Origin: a virus
Taxonomy: Duplodnaviria; Caudoviricetes
IMG/VR virus record: IMGVR_UViG_3300017991_000137
Location: 1-54,558 of that record
DNA length: 54,558 nucleotides
Reading direction: 5' to 3' (one strand)
Shown: in pieces, positions 25,876-34,811 of the stretch
Position numbering within the stretch: the stretch's first letter is position 1
Layout: every line of letters begins with the position of its first letter
Position numbers and translations under genes: made by a program
The notes under the pieces: generated by a model
What the model was told of the DNA's origin: nothing
Databases searched by the model: none
Seen by the model: only the letters and a program-made list of their open reading frames with translations

Positions 25876-26310
25876 GTGACCGAGATTGAAGTAACGTTGC
25901 AGTTCAACCAGCACTCGCTGGGCGACTGCCGACATAAGAAGATCAGCAGGATGCTGCGGGACCCAAACGGCCGCGTAATGTTCCTGCCCACTTGGTGGCA
26001 GGCTCTCATGCGTTACGCGGCTAAAGTCGTCAATAGGCATCACGATGATGTCAATGACATCGATTGGGCACCTGTTGTGGACGGCGAAACGACGGAGTTC
26101 AAACGGTATTATGCGCAAGGGAGGTACACCGTCCACGAAGCGTTCTTTCCCGGCGACAAGATCGTCGTGCATGCAGTCCTACCACACACCATTCCGGTGG
26201 AGGACTTCCGGGAACTTCTAAGTACCGCGGGCAAGTACCGCGGCATCAGTCCGTACAAGCCGGACCGATATGGAACATTTGAGGTAATCGACGTCAGGAA
26301 AACACGATGA
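25876..26310 (+). CDS. Stand-alone minimal RAMP (Cas7/Csm3-like) protein
   Basis: N-terminal strand IEVTLQF..HSLG; RDPNGRVMFLPTWWQALMRYAA (cf. PxIPGSSxKGxxR); HEAFFPG; G-loop LLSTAGKYRGISP...YGTFEV. Confidence 0.6.
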   Translation: MTEIEVTLQFNQHSLGDCRHKKISRMLRDPNGRVMFLPTWWQALMRYAAKVVNRHHDDVNDIDWAPVVDGETTEFKRYYAQGRYTVHEAFFPGDKIVVHAVLPHTIPVEDFRELLSTAGKYRGISPYKPDRYGTFEVIDVRKTR

Positions 26311-26438
26311 AAGACACAAGCAAAGAGTGCCGGAACTTCAAGTACTACAAGGGCAAGCATAAGCCCCGGTGCAACGGCGGCAAGCCATGTGAGGCATGCC
26401 AGAAGAAGTTCGAAGAAGAGCAACGCAAGCGCGGATAA
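26307..26438 (+). CDS. 43-aa Cys-rich Zn micro-protein (not in ORF track)
   Basis: MKDTSKECRNFKYYKGKHKPRCNGGKPCEACQKKFEEEQRKRG; ATGA-coupled to the RAMP gene; AGGA RBS. Confidence 0.65.
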   Translation: MKDTSKECRNFKYYKGKHKPRCNGGKPCEACQKKFEEEQRKRG

Positions 26439-26444
26439 CGACAT

Positions 26445-26474
26445 AAAAAAGGCCCGACGGGTCAGGTCGGGCCT
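26445..26474 (-). terminator. Intrinsic terminator oriented on the minus strand
   Basis: AGGCCCGAC/GTCGGGCCT stem followed by U6 on the minus strand. Confidence 0.7.
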
Positions 26475-26550
26475 AAAATTCATGACCTTGTAGGACGCGG
26501 TCATTCGGGCGGTATTACTGCCAATGATAGCTGATCCTGCGCAGTCGGTC
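26445..26550 (-). ncRNA. Candidate ~105-nt small RNA convergent on the RAMP operon
   Basis: Minus-strand TTGACA-16-CATAGT promoter (26583-26556), internal hairpins, and a minus-strand intrinsic terminator; no credible ORF. Confidence 0.55.
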
Positions 26551-26582
26551 AACCCACTATGGGAAGACCTTGTGGATTGTCA

Positions 26583-28118
26583 ATGGCAAATAAGGCGGTA
26601 ATTCGTAAGGGCGGGCCTCTCATCGAGATAGCCGACGAACACGGTAATCCCCTCCCGCCACACGTGTATCGAGAGCTCGAAAGGCCTCTATATTACACGC
26701 ATATCACGATGAACTTCGGTGCTCGGGCGTACAACGCCAACACGGGCAACCGGCAGGATCGTGTTACCCAGCGACGTCGGCTGTTCCAGTACGACAACGC
26801 CGGGCGGCTCTGCTGCCAGAAGGGTTTCTACCCCAAACTTCGCAAGATTTTGCTTGGGCTGGGCTACGAGATCATCTACATCGACAAGGATCCGCCGAAA
26901 GATCCACGCATCTATACCCCCGACTGGGACCGACTCTTCGAGCGGTTCACACTCCGTCCAAAACAGGAGGATTGTCTCGCCCAGATCGACATGCACGAGT
27001 ACGGCATCATCGACGCACCACCTGCGTTCGGTAAGACGTACATCATGGCGATGATCGCGTCCATCTACAAGCACGCGAAGATCGATATCGTCACCAAGAG
27101 GAAGGACGTCGTGCTGACCATCAAAGACCTGCTGACGCGCTGGATCCCCAGTGTAGGCCAGGTCGGTGGCGGAAAGCGACGAGATGCGAGGGTGACGGTG
27201 TACACTGCCGACAGCCTGCATCACTCCAACTTCAATGCTGACATCCTGCTGGCTGACGAAGGTCATGAGCTCATGACCGACCGGCTGGCCAAGCAGCTCG
27301 GCAACTATCATCACAGTCGGAACTTCACGTTCACGGCGACGTCCGATATGCGGCTCGACAACGCCCACTACCGTATGGAGGGCATCTTCGGGCCGAAGAT
27401 CTTCAAGATGACGCAGCAGGAGGCTGAGAGCTACAATCTGGTGGCGCCGATCACGGTACAGTGGTTGGACGTCCATATCGATCCCAATCCGGTTGCACAT
27501 CTGCAGTCGTTGGTAGCACAGAAGCGTAACGGCCTCTGGCGTAACCAGCACCGCAACGCCGTGATAGCGCAGGCGGCCAGAGAGTTCGTGCAGCGAGAGC
27601 AGCAGGTGCTGATCCTCGTCGACACTATCGACCATGCGTTGCACCTGCGGAAGCTGCTACCAGAGGCAGAGCTGTGCTACTCGGAAGGAGCACTCCAAGA
27701 TCCCGAGAAGCGTCAGCGATACATCAATGCGGACCTTCTCGCGCCGCACGAAGAGATGACGACCGAGCGACGACTCTCGCTGCGACAGCGGTTCGAGCGT
27801 CGGGACATCATGTGCTGCATCGCCACTGGCGTGTGGGCTGTGGGTGTCAGCTTCGACTCGCTCAACGTATTGATCCGTGCAGATGCGGGTGCCAGTGAAA
27901 CGGCAAACGTGCAGCTGCCCGGACGTGTGTGTCGTGTTGACCCGGGCTCCGGGAAGCAGTGCGGCATCATGGTAGACTTCATGGATCTCTGGGACGGCAA
28001 GTTCAAGGGACGGTCCATGGCACGTCGTAGAGACTATGACAAGCGAGGCTGGACACAGCTCCGGCCAAACGGTGAAGTTTGGGCCCCAGGAACGAGGTAC
28101 AAACGTGTCGGTACATAA
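26583..28118 (+). CDS. Superfamily 2 (UvsW/XPB-like) DExH helicase
   Basis: LRPKQ, PPAFGKT, DEGH, TAT, ATGVWAVGVSF, QLPGRVCR. Confidence 0.88.
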   Translation: MANKAVIRKGGPLIEIADEHGNPLPPHVYRELERPLYYTHITMNFGARAYNANTGNRQDRVTQRRRLFQYDNAGRLCCQKGFYPKLRKILLGLGYEIIYIDKDPPKDPRIYTPDWDRLFERFTLRPKQEDCLAQIDMHEYGIIDAPPAFGKTYIMAMIASIYKHAKIDIVTKRKDVVLTIKDLLTRWIPSVGQVGGGKRRDARVTVYTADSLHHSNFNADILLADEGHELMTDRLAKQLGNYHHSRNFTFTATSDMRLDNAHYRMEGIFGPKIFKMTQQEAESYNLVAPITVQWLDVHIDPNPVAHLQSLVAQKRNGLWRNQHRNAVIAQAAREFVQREQQVLILVDTIDHALHLRKLLPEAELCYSEGALQDPEKRQRYINADLLAPHEEMTTERRLSLRQRFERRDIMCCIATGVWAVGVSFDSLNVLIRADAGASETANVQLPGRVCRVDPGSGKQCGIMVDFMDLWDGKFKGRSMARRRDYDKRGWTQLRPNGEVWAPGTRYKRVGT

Positions 28119-28125
28119 CGCAGGC

Positions 28126-28803
28126 ATGATGCAACAACCGCCCGATGACGAGGCAGAAGAGTTCGTACGGCCCGTAAAGCCGCAGGACACTACGTCTAAG
28201 ATGGCGCGGCGGTTGCTCGCTGCGTACCATCGCGAGAATGACCTCCGAAAGTTTCGTGTGGGCCAAATCCGTCCGCGTCATACGCGAGATCCGGAGCTCC
28301 GAGAGCTCTGGTTCAAGCTGGCGAGGAAGCTGCTCCTGATCGGCGTCAAAGACCCGGAGAGATATATGCATGCCCAGTTCAAGTATTCGTCCCCAATCAG
28401 CGAATCGTTGATGGAGGGCCCGCTGCTGAACATGCTCATCTCCGACGACGCACTCGAGCGGTACCACAACTACGCCGACAGGGCACATTCGTACCTTGGG
28501 CAGGCGATGGAATCAGATAAACGACAATTCAAGCTAGCGATGGTGCAGGCCCATCGGCGACACCCTGAGTACAGCAGTGAAGAGCTGTGGGATTTTGTTC
28601 TCCAGAACAAAATTGGCAAGATGTCGCCGTTGTTCAGATACTGTCTGGCTGTCAGCGAGAACATGTCCGGCCTGGCGGAGTCCTTGAAGGCCGCTGCTAT
28701 AGAGCAAGCGTTGACGGACCCGCCCGGTTACCTCCGGTCGTGGAAGGATATCATTCCGCGACCACTTACAGAAGAAGTGGAACAGATCCTAGAAACCATT
28801 TAG
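28126..28803 (+). CDS. Hypothetical protein (possible replication accessory factor)
   Basis: Lies between the two helicase genes. Confidence 0.7.
   Translation: MMQQPPDDEAEEFVRPVKPQDTTSKMARRLLAAYHRENDLRKFRVGQIRPRHTRDPELRELWFKLARKLLLIGVKDPERYMHAQFKYSSPISESLMEGPLLNMLISDDALERYHNYADRAHSYLGQAMESDKRQFKLAMVQAHRRHPEYSSEELWDFVLQNKIGKMSPLFRYCLAVSENMSGLAESLKAAAIEQALTDPPGYLRSWKDIIPRPLTEEVEQILETI
28592..28613. promoter_or_regulatory. 22-bp palindrome copy 5 (ATTTTGTTC-TCCA-GAACAAAAT, perfect arms)
   Basis: Intragenic, about 200 bp upstream of the DnaB-like gene. Confidence 0.75.
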
Positions 28804-28811
28804 GCGGTACA

Positions 28812-30425
28812 ATGGAAGTACAACCGAATCGATCAGTCGACGAACACGACCTCGATTTCCTCTTTGCACATTTCGTTCACTGCGAGGAGGTCTTTCAGGC
28901 GGCCAAGAGTTGGCTCAAACCAGAGCACTTCTCCAAAGCCGGCGAACAGGCCTATCGCGCTATGTGGCGGGCGATCTCGGAATACTACGACAAGTTCCAG
29001 ATGCTGCCCGCGTACCCTGCCCTGTCGAAGGACACCATCACCAACATGGAAAAGATGCCGGTGATGACTGAGGAGGCCATCGACATGGCTGACGGTTTCT
29101 GTCAGCAGATCTTCGACGAGAAGCTCTGGCCACCAACCAGCATGCATCCCGACGCTGCCATGGAGATCCTGCGTGAGGTCCTCGTCGATCGAGGTCCTGG
29201 CGCTGCGATCCGTTCAGCTATCGAGGATGCCCGTGGGAACGCCGTGTACGATCTCCCCAAGATCGTGGCGGAAGCCCGCGAGAAGATCGACGTCATCCAG
29301 TCGATCGGCCGGATTAAGCAGGATAACAAGATCCCCGAGAGCTTTGCTCAGGTCGGTGGCGAACAATGGCCCACCGGCGTGAAGTTCATCGACGACATGA
29401 TGGACGGCGGCTCTGAGCCGGGTGACTGCAACGTCATCATCGGCGGCACCGGAGGGGGTAAAACTACATTGTCCATGCAGATGGCGGTCGAGATCGCGAG
29501 GCTGCAGGACATGTATGCTACCACAGGCGACCGCGAACCAGGCTTGGTCGTGTTCTTCAGCTACGAGGATGGCCTTCGGATGATGCAAATCCGGGCCATG
29601 TCCTATGCAGCGGAAGTGGACAAGGATACTCTGCGGTTCCTACGCAGCGACGACGAGCTGTCGACCACCGGCGATCTGAAGCTGTATGAGCAGCGGATGT
29701 ACCAGGGGTCGAACAAGGAGCGTCTCGGCGAGAGGGAACGACTGGCAGAGGTTCGCCCATGGATCAACCAATACGTCGAGTTCGTTGACTTCAACGAGGG
29801 CGGCGAAGGTGGCAGCGGCGGTATCCCTGAGGTCCGACAGCGACTGATGGCCATTCAGCGTAAGCGTAAGATGCCCATCCGGGCGGTGTTCATCGACTGG
29901 GCGGGGCAAATGGTGCGTAACCAGCTGCTGGCCGAGCGTGGCGCCGTAGAGGGCTCTAACATGGCACTCGAGCTTGGCGGGCTTCTCGGCATGGCCAAGC
30001 GGGAGATTGCAACGCCGCTGAACTGCGTTGTATGGGTCCCGCACCAGCTGAAGGGTAATTTGACCAAGCGATCGCCAGGAACCACGCCGCATCACTCAGA
30101 GGCGGAATGGTGTGCATCATTCGCTAACAATGCATGGTATGCGTTCTGCATCGGCAAGAAGGACGAGCAACACAGTGTCTGCCAGGTAGCCGCTACCAAG
30201 ACACGACACGCTGAGTCCGTCCCGCCTGTGATCTGCAAGATCAAGGGCGAGATCTGCCGTATGGAAGACGTAGACGAAGATTTCATGTTCGACCCGGCAA
30301 CCGGTGGGCTTTCCCTCCGCGAGGAAGGTGAGCGTGTCGCACGTAAGGTCGATACCAGCCGTGCACAGAAGCGTAAGTCAGACAAGCAGCGACAGATCGA
30401 GAACACGGTGCCAAGAAATGAGTGA
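28812..30425 (+). CDS. DnaB-like replicative helicase
   Basis: LKPEHF N-terminal domain; PTGVKFID; GGTGGGKTT; FFSYE; FIDW; HQL; KTRH. Confidence 0.85.
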   Translation: MEVQPNRSVDEHDLDFLFAHFVHCEEVFQAAKSWLKPEHFSKAGEQAYRAMWRAISEYYDKFQMLPAYPALSKDTITNMEKMPVMTEEAIDMADGFCQQIFDEKLWPPTSMHPDAAMEILREVLVDRGPGAAIRSAIEDARGNAVYDLPKIVAEAREKIDVIQSIGRIKQDNKIPESFAQVGGEQWPTGVKFIDDMMDGGSEPGDCNVIIGGTGGGKTTLSMQMAVEIARLQDMYATTGDREPGLVVFFSYEDGLRMMQIRAMSYAAEVDKDTLRFLRSDDELSTTGDLKLYEQRMYQGSNKERLGERERLAEVRPWINQYVEFVDFNEGGEGGSGGIPEVRQRLMAIQRKRKMPIRAVFIDWAGQMVRNQLLAERGAVEGSNMALELGGLLGMAKREIATPLNCVVWVPHQLKGNLTKRSPGTTPHHSEAEWCASFANNAWYAFCIGKKDEQHSVCQVAATKTRHAESVPPVICKIKGEICRMEDVDEDFMFDPATGGLSLREEGERVARKVDTSRAQKRKSDKQRQIENTVPRNE

Positions 30426-31524
30426 CGGACAAGCAACTAGACCTGTCAACGATTTCAAAAGCGTGCTCCCAGGGATGCCTGTGCTGAACGAGGTGCTCTA
30501 CAACAGGCTATGCAAACGCTTCGGCGAGGTAAGAATTGCCAAGCAAGGTGAGCGGATGTCTGGCGAATACACGTTCGACAACCGATACGAGATGATCGAA
30601 GGCGGCGAATACTACCGTATTTGCTGTCCCTTCTGCGCTCGGCAGAACACGACGGATACACGATTTCGTCTGTGGATCAATCATCGGTGGGGTGTTGGAT
30701 TGGATAAGCAGGAGCCTGGTCGTCAGGACAACTTCTGGTGGGCGTGGGTGTGCTACAACGAACATTGTGAGCAGCACCCGGAGAACACCCATCAGCTACG
30801 TACCTGGTTGTACTCGGCCATCGGACGCGAGCGGGAGGAAGTGCGGGTCCAGATCGGTGAAGGCGTCGCCTCCGCGTCGCTCGGCCTTGTCGAGTGGCCA
30901 GGACGATGCATCCGCCTCGATCAGCTGCAATCCGACCATCTCGCCTGCCAATACCTGCACAGCCGCGGATTCAATGCCGCGGATGTGGGCCGACAGTGGG
31001 GCGTATCCTACTGCGAAGGCGGAGATCCGAAGTACGGCATGGCCCAAGGCCGCCTGATCATTCCTATCCGTATGGACGGCGAGATGGTCGGTTGGCAGGC
31101 ACGTACGCCGTACGATATGGACTGGAAGGCGTCTCGCGTCCCGAAATACTACAACTCGCCCGGCATCAACAAACGGCTGATGCTGTACGGGCACGATCGT
31201 GCGGTGCATGAAAACTTCTGCATCATAACTGAAGGCGTGACGGACGTTTGGGCTGTTGGTCCTGGCGCGGTCTGCCTGCTCGGCAAGGACATCTCCATGC
31301 ACCAAGCCGAGATGATAAAGATGAAATGGAAGGCCGCGGCGATCGCACTCGATGCGGATGCCGGCGACCGTATCGCCAAAATCGAGAACATGCTGGACAA
31401 ACTTCCGACCGTGGTGGTCAACATGCCGCCCGATACCGACCCAGCAGACCTCTCCCAGGCTCGTTTCTGGGACCTTTTACTGTCGAGTTCGATTGAACAA
31501 GGTGTGGACCTGTCACAACTATGA
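30418..31524 (+). CDS. DNA primase (Zn finger + TOPRIM)
   Basis: CPFC...CYNEHC, YLHSRG, GRLIIPI, GWQAR, KYYN, ITEGVTD, LDAD, DPAD. Confidence 0.9.
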   Translation: MSDGQATRPVNDFKSVLPGMPVLNEVLYNRLCKRFGEVRIAKQGERMSGEYTFDNRYEMIEGGEYYRICCPFCARQNTTDTRFRLWINHRWGVGLDKQEPGRQDNFWWAWVCYNEHCEQHPENTHQLRTWLYSAIGREREEVRVQIGEGVASASLGLVEWPGRCIRLDQLQSDHLACQYLHSRGFNAADVGRQWGVSYCEGGDPKYGMAQGRLIIPIRMDGEMVGWQARTPYDMDWKASRVPKYYNSPGINKRLMLYGHDRAVHENFCIITEGVTDVWAVGPGAVCLLGKDISMHQAEMIKMKWKAAAIALDADAGDRIAKIENMLDKLPTVVVNMPPDTDPADLSQARFWDLLLSSSIEQGVDLSQL

Positions 31525-34500
31525 TTCCTGAAAACATCCCGATCCCCGATCTAGAGGCTATCTTCAAAGGGGATATGGACAACGCGCGGGCAAGGGAGTT
31601 TCCCTTCTACCCGCTTAACTCTCCCGGAATGCCGCACGCTGGGCCTGACTTCATTGCCCACGCGACGGCGATCGGCGACAACGTGGCCTTCAAGACGAAG
31701 GGCTCTGGCGCCGCTAAAGAGGTCACACACATTGGCTGGAACCTGCAATGTCTGTACCTGAAATGCTTGTACTCGAACGACTTCTACTTCCCTGTGAAGA
31801 TCAAGGGTCGTACCGAGGTAGCACGTGTCATCCCCGGACACTACTGGGGATGGGACGCAGGCGGACCTTGCGACATACGTGAACACCTTGACGGTAAGCC
31901 CCTCGTCATGGTCGTCGGCAAAATGCCCGGCAACGACGAGATCAAAGAGGGCCGGAACCTAGTTGGTCCGACAGGTGACGAGCTTCGGCGCGTCGCCATG
32001 CATGTCGGCATCGACGAATTTGAGATGGACAACTGGTATGTTTGTAACATTTGCCGGTGGACAAACCTCAATCCTCAGTCTTCATCCCTCCCACAGGCAT
32101 GGATTAAAGATTGTCTCCCACTACTGCATCAAGAGCTGCGGCTCCTCAAGCCAGATTATGTACTGTGCCTCGGTGCAGAAGCTACCAAAGCAGTCTGCGG
32201 GGCGGGACACACGGTAAACAACATGGTCGGACGGTACGTCGAAGTCGAGGTGCCGATCCACGAACACGGTGAAGATCCTGTTATCCACAAGATGAAGGTC
32301 ATGTCGTCGGTCCATCCGGCGGCCGTCCTGCGGACGACCGAGCTCTACCCAGCGTTCGAGGCGACCATGAAGAACTTCTCCCGACTGATCAAGGGGCAAC
32401 CCTTCACGAAGTCGTCGGAGGAGGACATCACTATCCAGTGCATCTACAAGGAACGAGAACTGAAGGACCTGGTTGACCATATCATCTCGCTGCCTGGACT
32501 GAAGAAGATCGCAGTCGACGGCGAGTGGCACGGTCAGCATCCGGGCGATCCAGGCTCGTACTTGCGGACGATACAGATCAGTCACCACGAGCACTACGCC
32601 GCGGTGATTGTGTTGCGATACAAGGGTGGCGCGCCTGCATTTGCTCCGTCAGCGAGTGCGGCCATTGCCGAGCTGAACAGGCTCTTGGATCGTGACGATG
32701 TGCAGATCGGAGGTAGTTTCTTCTCAGCCGACTTGCCATGGCTGGAATACAACGGTCTGCACATCGCGCATAGGTTTGCTGTACCGCCAACTGTCGAGCA
32801 GATCCGTGGCGGCAACTACGCCGGCGGATTCGACGTGGCACTGGCACAGCACGCATACGCCGAGACAGGTGACTTCAAGTTGGAGGTCATGGCGTCTCGG
32901 TACTGCGGTGCCCCTCGTTGGGACGTAAAGCTACAGGAGTGGAAGAAGAGCTACCTCTCCATCTGCAAGATGAAGGACGAGGAGTTGGATGGATACGGAG
33001 AGTGTCCGGACGAGGTTCTTCTACCATATGGCGGCTATGATGCGGCGTACACGCGTCAGCTCATGGACGTCCATTGCAAGCTTCTGGACGCTGACCCGTG
33101 GGGCAATGACTGCTGGCTGCCGTTCCATATCTCCATGATGGCCTTCCCGGCCTTCAACGAGATGGGCACAGTCGGCGTCAAGATCGACCGGCAGAGGGTA
33201 AATGACCTGACCGACCTCTTTCAGGAGGTACGGGCGGCCAAGCTCGAGCAACTGCAGAAGGACATCAACTGGCCGGGGTTCAACCCGCGAAGTTACTACC
33301 ACGCTACGGAGTTTCTGTTTGGTGAGAAGTATTCTCCCAAGCGCGACAAGACCACCGGCGAACGCATCAGCGTACGGCCGAAGGGTGCGATGTCGTTGTA
33401 CTTAAACCCTGTAAAATCCACGGGCAAGGGCAAGCCTTGGGGCTGGGTCTGCGCCCGTGGAGAACAAGACAAATACTCGCCATCTACCGACAAGGAGGTG
33501 TGCGGGATTTTAGGGCTGCAGCACCCATTGGCGTTGCAGTTCCGTGACGTAAAGCTGATTGACCAAGTGTTGAAGTCGGTATTCCGTCCTCCAAAGATGG
33601 AGGGGACTGAGCTGGCTTTGGACAAAGAAGGTCAACGGATTTACGGTGGCGGCATAGCAAAATATGTCGGCATCGATTCAAGAGTTCGCAGCAGCTTCCA
33701 GCAGGTGAAGGAAACCGGCCGTGCGTCGTCAGCTCGCCCACCATTACAGAATATCTCGAAACGTCGCGAAGACGACTATCGACGAATTCTGGGCGACAAG
33801 TACAAGTGGCCGATTCGTTCCTTCATCGTGTCTAACACGGACCCCGCTTATGGTGAACCCAGTGTCCTAGTCGAATCAGACTACAAAGGCGCTGAACTCA
33901 TGGGGATGGCTGTTCAGGCACGCGACGACACCATGTTGGACCATTGCTTGCGAGCGAATCTACCCGATGGTGATCCAAACCAATATGACATCCACTCGAA
34001 CATAGCCTGCTTGGCGTTCAATCTAGACTGCGAGCCGTCAAAGGCCGGGCTAGAGGCAATCGGCAAAAAGGGCATGCGGGTGGCTGCCAAGAATATCATC
34101 TTCGGAGTGGGCTATGGGCGAACGGCAGAAGCCTGCGCCCGACAGTGCCAAGAAGAAGGCTGCCCGATCACCACATCAGAGGCCGAGCAAATTATCCAGA
34201 CCATTTTCCAGACGTATCCAGGTATCCCTCGACTCCAAGAGGCACTTCGAGCAAGGGTTACGGAACCGGGATGGCTTAGGAATTGCTTCGGAAGGTATCG
34301 CCGTTTCATCAAAACGAGCGACCAGGCCGCGATGGGTGAATTGGAGCGCCAGGCACTTAATTTCCCGTTTCAGTCCATGGTGGCTGATGCGGTCAGCATC
34401 GCCTTGTATTGGTTGAAGAACCATCCACGCAAGGCGGAGTTAGGATTCAAAATCGTCCTCCAGATCCACGACGCGATCGTGCTGGAGGTTCCTACCAGAA

Positions 34501-34721
34501 GCCTCGACATCGTATGCGACGAGATCCTCCCAGAATGCATGGTGGACCGCGTATCTTTTAGAGCTTGTGATCTGGATGGTGTCCCGTACCCGGACAGCCC
34601 AGAGTACCGATTTGGCCTCGATACCGATGTAGCAACTCGGTGGGGCGTGAAGTTGACGTGGGAGGAATGCGATGCATTGGGAATCGACAGAAAATACGGA
34701 AAAAAGCCCAAAAATGCTTGA
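31521..34721 (+). CDS. Family A DNA polymerase with N-terminal uracil-DNA-glycosylase-like domain
   Basis: UDG-like: VVGKMPG..E...LVGPTG, HPAAVLR. Exonuclease: AVDGE, YGGYD. Polymerase: TGRASS..PPLQNI, DYKGAEL, R..AKNIIFG..YG, QIHDAI. Confidence 0.93.
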   Translation: MIPENIPIPDLEAIFKGDMDNARAREFPFYPLNSPGMPHAGPDFIAHATAIGDNVAFKTKGSGAAKEVTHIGWNLQCLYLKCLYSNDFYFPVKIKGRTEVARVIPGHYWGWDAGGPCDIREHLDGKPLVMVVGKMPGNDEIKEGRNLVGPTGDELRRVAMHVGIDEFEMDNWYVCNICRWTNLNPQSSSLPQAWIKDCLPLLHQELRLLKPDYVLCLGAEATKAVCGAGHTVNNMVGRYVEVEVPIHEHGEDPVIHKMKVMSSVHPAAVLRTTELYPAFEATMKNFSRLIKGQPFTKSSEEDITIQCIYKERELKDLVDHIISLPGLKKIAVDGEWHGQHPGDPGSYLRTIQISHHEHYAAVIVLRYKGGAPAFAPSASAAIAELNRLLDRDDVQIGGSFFSADLPWLEYNGLHIAHRFAVPPTVEQIRGGNYAGGFDVALAQHAYAETGDFKLEVMASRYCGAPRWDVKLQEWKKSYLSICKMKDEELDGYGECPDEVLLPYGGYDAAYTRQLMDVHCKLLDADPWGNDCWLPFHISMMAFPAFNEMGTVGVKIDRQRVNDLTDLFQEVRAAKLEQLQKDINWPGFNPRSYYHATEFLFGEKYSPKRDKTTGERISVRPKGAMSLYLNPVKSTGKGKPWGWVCARGEQDKYSPSTDKEVCGILGLQHPLALQFRDVKLIDQVLKSVFRPPKMEGTELALDKEGQRIYGGGIAKYVGIDSRVRSSFQQVKETGRASSARPPLQNISKRREDDYRRILGDKYKWPIRSFIVSNTDPAYGEPSVLVESDYKGAELMGMAVQARDDTMLDHCLRANLPDGDPNQYDIHSNIACLAFNLDCEPSKAGLEAIGKKGMRVAAKNIIFGVGYGRTAEACARQCQEEGCPITTSEAEQIIQTIFQTYPGIPRLQEALRARVTEPGWLRNCFGRYRRFIKTSDQAAMGELERQALNFPFQSMVADAVSIALYWLKNHPRKAELGFKIVLQIHDAIVLEVPTRSLDIVCDEILPECMVDRVSFRACDLDGVPYPDSPEYRFGLDTDVATRWGVKLTWEECDALGIDRKYGKKPKNA

Positions 34722-34746
34722 AATGAGGGCTCCCGTATGCCATACT
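34718..34746 (+). promoter_or_regulatory. Sigma70-type promoter
   Basis: TTGAAA-17-CATACT with extended -10 TG. Confidence 0.6.
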
Positions 34747-34811
34747 GAGGATTCAACTTTCAACCGTTGACTTACAACTTTCAATCCTAACTTTCTATTG
34801 GAGGAACCATC

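Noticed and set aside
26476-26483. sRNA segment UGAAUUUU matching the flank of palindrome copy 4 (18964-18971)
   Set aside because: Only 8 nt; too short to claim guide-target pairing without homolog covariation.
26109-26552. 147-aa minus-strand ORF over the sRNA and RAMP gene
   Set aside because: TTG start with no RBS, runs through a terminator and antisense to two better genes.
31521-34721. Intein or intron in the polymerase, helicases or terminase part
   Set aside because: The extra length is explained by the UDG-like domain; no intein splice motifs or interrupted frames were seen.
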